IMG/VR virus record: IMGVR_UViG_3300020203_000013
Span: 1-64,000 of that record
DNA: 64,000 nt
From: a virus
Direction: 5' to 3' (one strand)
Of the stretch, positions 59,550-64,000 are shown in pieces (within the stretch, counting starts at the first letter, position 1; every line of letters starts with the position of its first letter). The notes below the pieces were generated by a model that was given only the letters and a program-made list of their open reading frames with translations, searched no databases and was not told where the DNA came from. The position numbers and the translations under genes are program-made.

Positions 59550-60203
59550 TTAATCTTCTTCTTTTATAAGGTTTATAGTAGAGCCTATGTGATCTTCCAT
59601 GTAATCAGCAGTATTCGTAAAATGTTTTTTATTCTGTGTAATTAATAGTTGTTTTTCTCCAGCTTCTATCTCAAATGATTTTTTATCTTCAACATACTTA
59701 CCAATTAATTCCATTAAAGTTCCAACATTACTTTCTTTTCTTTTTTTACCCCTGTCAATGAATCTAGAACCTAGGTTAGTTTTTCTTTGTTCTAGTCCTT
59801 TATTTAATTTCTCCAGCTGTAAGACCATTGTAGAGTCCATGACTCCATCAGCTTGAGCAAAAGATTCGTACATCTTATCGCAGTAAATTCTATCCCTATA
59901 GTATAGGGTAATTTCTTCTAAATCACTTTCAGACACTGAGTCGGACCCTAAGTCCTTTATCATAGCATCACATAAGTTTATATACCTATCTAAGTCGCTA
60001 GTTGGTATGGTGTGCTTGGGAACATAGTTAAATATGTCGTCTTTTGTATACTTACCATTTTTTAAAGTCTGATCTACTTTGCGCCAGCCTTTTTTCTTTC
60101 CACCTATCCTAGCTTGTTTAGGTTTATCTAATGGGTTTGTAATTGCAGGAGATCCGGCAACTCTACTATCTTCTGGCTCTAAATCGTTGTTTTTATTTGA
60201 CAT
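59550..60203 (-). CDS. Putative terminase small subunit
   Basis: Helical 217-aa ORF immediately upstream of terL. Confidence 0.45.
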   Translation of the reverse strand: MSNKNNDLEPEDSRVAGSPAITNPLDKPKQARIGGKKKGWRKVDQTLKNGKYTKDDIFNYVPKHTIPTSDLDRYINLCDAMIKDLGSDSVSESDLEEITLYYRDRIYCDKMYESFAQADGVMDSTMVLQLEKLNKGLEQRKTNLGSRFIDRGKKRKESNVGTLMELIGKYVEDKKSFEIEAGEKQLLITQNKKHFTNTADYMEDHIGSTINLIKEED

Positions 60204-60206
60204 CTA

Positions 60207-60548
60207 TTAACCAAACTTTTTAACAGTGAATTCTTCTGTTAGTCTATCTACTGTTACAAAATATCCTGTTTTACAATTACTGCACTGTATAGAAGCAGTA
60301 TTCCTATTAACGGGCATTGAATTACTACAGCCCTCGGCCTCACAAAGAAATCCTCCAATACTTAAACCACTAGATATTTTGGACTTTCTAGGATCTGTAA
60401 AATCTATTTTATGGTACATAGCCCCTGTCTTAGGGTCTCGGGTTCCAACTTTTTTATCATACTCTTTGTTCTGTTTCTCGACGCGAGCTTGATATTTTGC
60501 TGGACCTAGGTCCTGCTTTAGGACACTTTCTGGTACTCTCTTAATCAT
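60207..60548 (-). CDS. Zinc-ribbon protein
   Basis: CEAEGC...CSNC. Confidence 0.6.
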   Translation of the reverse strand: MIKRVPESVLKQDLGPAKYQARVEKQNKEYDKKVGTRDPKTGAMYHKIDFTDPRKSKISSGLSIGGFLCEAEGCSNSMPVNRNTASIQCSNCKTGYFVTVDRLTEEFTVKKFG

Positions 60549-60609
60549 AAGTTATAGCCTCTCACTATGGGTTATATAGTATTATAGAGGTTAGACGTGT
60601 AATTGTCTA

Positions 60610-61242
60610 TTAATTGTGCTCAGATTGGGTGAGCTTTTTTGAACCACTCTCTAGGGCCCCATTAGATGGGGTATATTTAGCACTTTCACAACGGCCCCAG
60701 ATTACATTATCATGGCGGCCATTGCCGTCACCAGTTTTTAGATCTAGAAAATAATGCCCTAGTTCGTGCCTAAGTATTTCACTTTGATCGTAGTTTTCCA
60801 CAATAAACATGGTTTTAATCTGATCTTCATAGAATCCTAAAACTCTATCTAGGTTTAAGAAGGTAGGACTTATATAACTAAAAGACTTATCTTCTGACTC
60901 CATGACATCTGCGGAGCTTGTCTTGATGACGTAGCATTCTGGAATTGGTGGGTCGATTAACTTATCTTCTGGAAATCCCACTTGATTGAAACAGGACAAG
61001 GCAGTTAAGTACTCAGTTTTAAAGTCAAATACATCCTGACACCTAACTAGGTCTGATTTTTTAGTAAAAGGGATTAAATAATGAGCCTCATAGTCTCTAA
61101 AAATAACCTTTATAGCTTTGTAGAAATCTCTTTTAGTTAGGGTTGAGGTGTGTAGGTTACTTGTTATTGATGTAGGACTGAATTTAGATGGACCTGAAAA
61201 GGACAAAACTAAAGTAACATATAAAAGAGAAAAAAACCTCAT
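60610..61242 (-). CDS. Exported zincin-type metallopeptidase-like protein
   Basis: N-terminal signal; ILRHELGH (HExxH) and a downstream His. Confidence 0.55.
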   Translation of the reverse strand: MRFFSLLYVTLVLSFSGPSKFSPTSITSNLHTSTLTKRDFYKAIKVIFRDYEAHYLIPFTKKSDLVRCQDVFDFKTEYLTALSCFNQVGFPEDKLIDPPIPECYVIKTSSADVMESEDKSFSYISPTFLNLDRVLGFYEDQIKTMFIVENYDQSEILRHELGHYFLDLKTGDGNGRHDNVIWGRCESAKYTPSNGALESGSKKLTQSEHN

Positions 61243-61286
61243 AATATTACAAAGTACTGTAATTAATGAAGTTTGTAGTATTTTTA

Positions 61287-61520
61287 CTATGCTCTAGACG
61301 AGCCGACTCGTTTTTGTCTTGCATTTTCGGTCGTTGGATAGTCACCTGGGCTAACTATTCTATAATCTACAGCCCCCGAATAAGCTGCCAGAGATGAGAG
61401 ATTAATATTTTGACCGTCAATTACTATAACCCCAGATACTGCTAGAGGTGGAGGTAAGATTCCTCCGTATTCACTGGAGTTTACTCCAGAACTTACTAAA
61501 AAATGGAACGCTGCTGTCAT
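61287..61520 (-). CDS. Small SG-rich putative virion protein
   Basis: GAGG RBS, TACTAT motif upstream. Confidence 0.55.
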   Translation of the reverse strand: MTAAFHFLVSSGVNSSEYGGILPPPLAVSGVIVIDGQNINLSSLAAYSGAVDYRIVSPGDYPTTENARQKRVGSSRA

Positions 61521-61575
61521 GTATTATACCTCTAACTTTTAACTGTTTTCCTTAATATAAATAGTATATTAACTA

Positions 61576-62190
61576 TTACTTAAATTTTCTCTTCCTTATA
61601 GCCCCGTTTGGAAACCTAACTTTAGGTTCAGTTGGGTTATCAAACTCTGGCTTAATGAGCCACTCAAATCTACCTACATTTGGGTTATAAGAGTAGATAT
61701 AATCGTTCTTAGGTCTCTGACTCTCAGTTCTAGTGTTATTGGCTATTATAAACTCGGACGATGGGGAGTTGGATACATCCTCAAAGTCGGTAATAGTGTT
61801 AGGGTTATCAGAGGGTGGACCCTGAGTGAAGGGGACAAAATCTATAGGAAAAATACCACTCTCCGTAGCGTAAAACCCTTGAGGCACATTACTAATATTT
61901 GGAGCATTATTAACATAGCGGTACTTAGCGTCCATTATCGTTAGGGGTCTTCTCGTAGATAGGTTAGCGTAATCTACCCCGTCTCCAGGTAGATCTCCCC
62001 TATAAGACCTAGCGTAGTCTTCGGATCTATAATCTAAGTTAACCGCTTTGCGATCATCAATTAAAGGGAATTTAACCTTAATTCTTTCGTATTTAGAAAA
62101 TTTTACATCCTCGTGCCAAGCCTCTGCCCACGAGGAGTCGGTGGAAGAATACTCTGGTCCATCCTCAAAATTTCTTTTAGCCACTATCAT
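61576..62190 (-). CDS. Hypothetical late protein
   Basis: 204 aa; GAGG RBS; TACTAT motif upstream. Confidence 0.6.
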   Translation of the reverse strand: MIVAKRNFEDGPEYSSTDSSWAEAWHEDVKFSKYERIKVKFPLIDDRKAVNLDYRSEDYARSYRGDLPGDGVDYANLSTRRPLTIMDAKYRYVNNAPNISNVPQGFYATESGIFPIDFVPFTQGPPSDNPNTITDFEDVSNSPSSEFIIANNTRTESQRPKNDYIYSYNPNVGRFEWLIKPEFDNPTEPKVRFPNGAIRKRKFK

Positions 62191-62230
62191 ACCTCTAATG
62201 TGTTGTATACATTAGAGAAATAGTACTAAG

Positions 62231-62908
62231 TTAGGTGTGCAAGGTAGCAAGTAAGGATGTTACTTTGTCTCCGAAGCTCACTAAAGTGGAATTATTATCT
62301 AGGGTATAATGCCACTTAGAGAATGTATTCAAATCATTTTCACTAATATCATTAGCACCAGATCTGGCTATTACATCTCTTTTAATATTAATTAATTTTA
62401 AATCTATATCTGGTCTTGTTTCTGACCAGCGTAATGCAACGTCTGCTTCATTTCTAAATCTAAAATCTGTTATAACAATTTTGGTATGTCCTTGGGAAAT
62501 CAACTCTGGAACTTTGGTATTAAATATGTAGGATGCCCATATGTCTGGAAATAGTTTTCTTTGATCTTGTCCAAAAATCTGAAGAACCCTGCGGGGAGTT
62601 AAAAACTTCTTATAGTCTGGGTTGGGAATCTCAATGGGCGGGCCAACTCCCCTAACCCCTACCCCTAAGTGACCAAAAACTGTTATTGTCTTGGGGTCTA
62701 CTAGATTCAGGTAACGAGTATCCTCCACGTCCTTATAATCCCCATGCATCTGCTCATGTGAAAAGTTATACAAGTCTGCTACAGTATCTTTAAGGCAGTC
62801 AGCAAATGCTAATCTTTTATAGTCTAAGTCTTTTGCGAAAGAAAAGAATGTATCTTTTCCTGTTAAAGACCTGTACCCTAGCATAATTACTGTAGTCTTA
62901 TTACTCAT
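62231..62908 (-). CDS. Deoxynucleoside monophosphate kinase (T4 gp1-like)
   Basis: G...TGKDT, FAD.LK, PRRVLQ.FG, ITDFRF.NE, SE..L. Confidence 0.88.
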   Translation of the reverse strand: MSNKTTVIMLGYRSLTGKDTFFSFAKDLDYKRLAFADCLKDTVADLYNFSHEQMHGDYKDVEDTRYLNLVDPKTITVFGHLGVGVRGVGPPIEIPNPDYKKFLTPRRVLQIFGQDQRKLFPDIWASYIFNTKVPELISQGHTKIVITDFRFRNEADVALRWSETRPDIDLKLINIKRDVIARSGANDISENDLNTFSKWHYTLDNNSTLVSFGDKVTSLLATLHT

Positions 62909-62909
62909 A

Positions 62910-63140
62910 TTATTTTTGTACCTTTCTTATAGCCTCGGTTAGGCTTTTTAACTCTCGTTTAATTTTTCTAGTGTGATCAATTATAGCATTTTTTAATCCT
63001 GCATGTCTATCTTCTTTAATAATTTTTATTGAAATAATACAAAGTTTTTTATCCTTGGATTCATTGGGATTTGTAGTGATTACAGGATGAACTAAGTCTT
63101 CATTCCAATAGCCTACAAATTTTATATCTTCTTCGTCCAT
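62910..63140 (-). CDS. Hypothetical protein
   Basis: 76-aa ORF with GGAG RBS. Confidence 0.55.
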   Translation of the reverse strand: MDEEDIKFVGYWNEDLVHPVITTNPNESKDKKLCIISIKIIKEDRHAGLKNAIIDHTRKIKRELKSLTEAIRKVQK

Positions 63141-63551
63141 TTAAGCTCCAGTAAAGACTTTTTCGTATTTAAGTATTTTATCCTGTACTTCCTCTATTAG
63201 TTTTTTAGTGGTAACTAGCCTAACTACTTGATCCGTAGTGGTTAGAGATATTAAAGTGAATAATACTTTTTGAATGATAGTAGCCCTAAAGTCTTTAAAG
63301 AATAGTAAATTTTCTGGGCTTTGCCCACTTACTAAACTACTTATTACATCTAACTCTCTAAATACAGATTCAATAGTAGCTTGAACAGTGCTAGATAAGG
63401 CTTCAATATACTTTAACTCTTCCTTAGAGGGTGAAGTATTTGATTTAATTGATAAAAGTAGTTGAAGGTAATTAGATAAGTTACTTATATGATAAGATAA
63501 GTGATGAAGGGCTAGTAACATCCTCCTATTATACACAAAATAAAACCCCAC
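63141..63551 (-). CDS. Hypothetical protein (likely start MLLAL near 63521)
   Basis: Helical ORF; the annotated start lies inside the terminator. Confidence 0.5.
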   Translation of the reverse strand: MGFYFVYNRRMLLALHHLSYHISNLSNYLQLLLSIKSNTSPSKEELKYIEALSSTVQATIESVFRELDVISSLVSGQSPENLLFFKDFRATIIQKVLFTLISLTTTDQVVRLVTTKKLIEEVQDKILKYEKVFTGA

Positions 63552-63566
63552 ATCAAGTGGGGCTTT
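63538..63566 (-). terminator. Intrinsic terminator
   Basis: GCCCCAC-N5-GTGGGGT stem plus T tract. Confidence 0.7.
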
Positions 63567-63594
63567 ATTATACAGATCCTAACTAACTTAAGTT

Positions 63595-63924
63595 CTACTT
63601 AGCGATAGTTGATGGACTGGTTCTAACCGAACTCGTTGGAGCTGGGAAAGGGTTACTCATTGGGGCAGTTGTTTGGGCTGTCTTTTGAATCATTCCACGT
63701 CCTGAAACGTTTCCTGAACGACCTTTACCTGTAACTGGACCAGCAAGATTTGGCTTTGCGCCCATTGCGCCCATTGCGCCGTCTGGGTTACCAAACATAC
63801 CGAAATCTTGAGCTTGTAAAAGCGCAGTACCTGGCGCTGTAGCCAAGTTTTCGATTCCGAGTTGGTTATCTGATCCGTCTAATTCTACGACTGAACCTGA
63901 TTTATGTGGTTTTGCAACAAACAT
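63595..63924 (-). CDS. Low-complexity G/A/P-rich protein, own RBS and terminator
   Basis: AGGAG RBS, TATAAT upstream, terminator downstream. Confidence 0.65.
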   Translation of the reverse strand: MFVAKPHKSGSVVELDGSDNQLGIENLATAPGTALLQAQDFGMFGNPDGAMGAMGAKPNLAGPVTGKGRSGNVSGRGMIQKTAQTTAPMSNPFPAPTSSVRTSPSTIAK

Positions 63925-64000
63925 ATTTATATATCTCCTGTTAACTTTATATTATACTTCACCTTAAGGTATCACGGATAGATAATTAGCCTATCCACCT

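Noticed and set aside
3046-60492. Numerous short plus-strand ORFs (e.g. 10637-10987, 35134-35658, 46335-46715)
   Set aside because: Antisense shadows of long, motif-supported minus-strand genes
1-64000. Alternative genetic code (stop-codon recoding)
   Set aside because: Core genes are intact under code 11, and TAA, TAG and TGA all terminate tightly packed genes
63961-64000. Palindrome ACCTTAAGGT and GGATAG/CTATCC hairpin at the window end
   Set aside because: Truncated by the window edge, no U-tract or tRNA features; cannot be interpreted

Overview
64 kb AT-rich segment of a large (probably jumbo-size) tailed dsDNA phage, standard genetic code, with almost all genes on the minus strand. Reading from the right end leftwards there is a virion morphogenesis module. 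Head: terminase large subunit (57721-59544), portal (55626-57743), prohead protease with extra C-terminal repeat domains (53220-55328), scaffold, decoration protein and major capsid protein (50514-51593). Next come neck proteins and a small membrane/lysis-like cluster. Tail: a 771-aa major tail protein with two tube-like domains, two paralogous tail chaperones, a 2145-aa tape measure protein, and tail-tip, fibre and Ig-like proteins (10225-30630). The structural block is interrupted by a free-standing homing endonuclease, a secreted Cys-rich repeat protein and a phosphomannomutase. The left 10 kb is an accessory region: RtcB, an RlaP-type nucleotidyltransferase, an LpxR-type lipid A deacylase, a macrodomain, an HPPD-like VOC enzyme, GroES and a MazG-like protein. 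Three signals stand out. (i) Five sigma28/FliA-like promoters (TAAAG[T/G]TT-N11/12-xxCGATA) sit in front of accessory and inserted genes. (ii) A different motif (TACTAT) precedes structural transcription units. (iii) Virion proteins show a strong Ser-Gly dipeptide bias that may be a modification (glycosylation) sequon, with a sugar-activation gene embedded in the tail module. No tRNA, rRNA or CRISPR array was recognised. All calls come from reading motifs by eye; no database searches were run.
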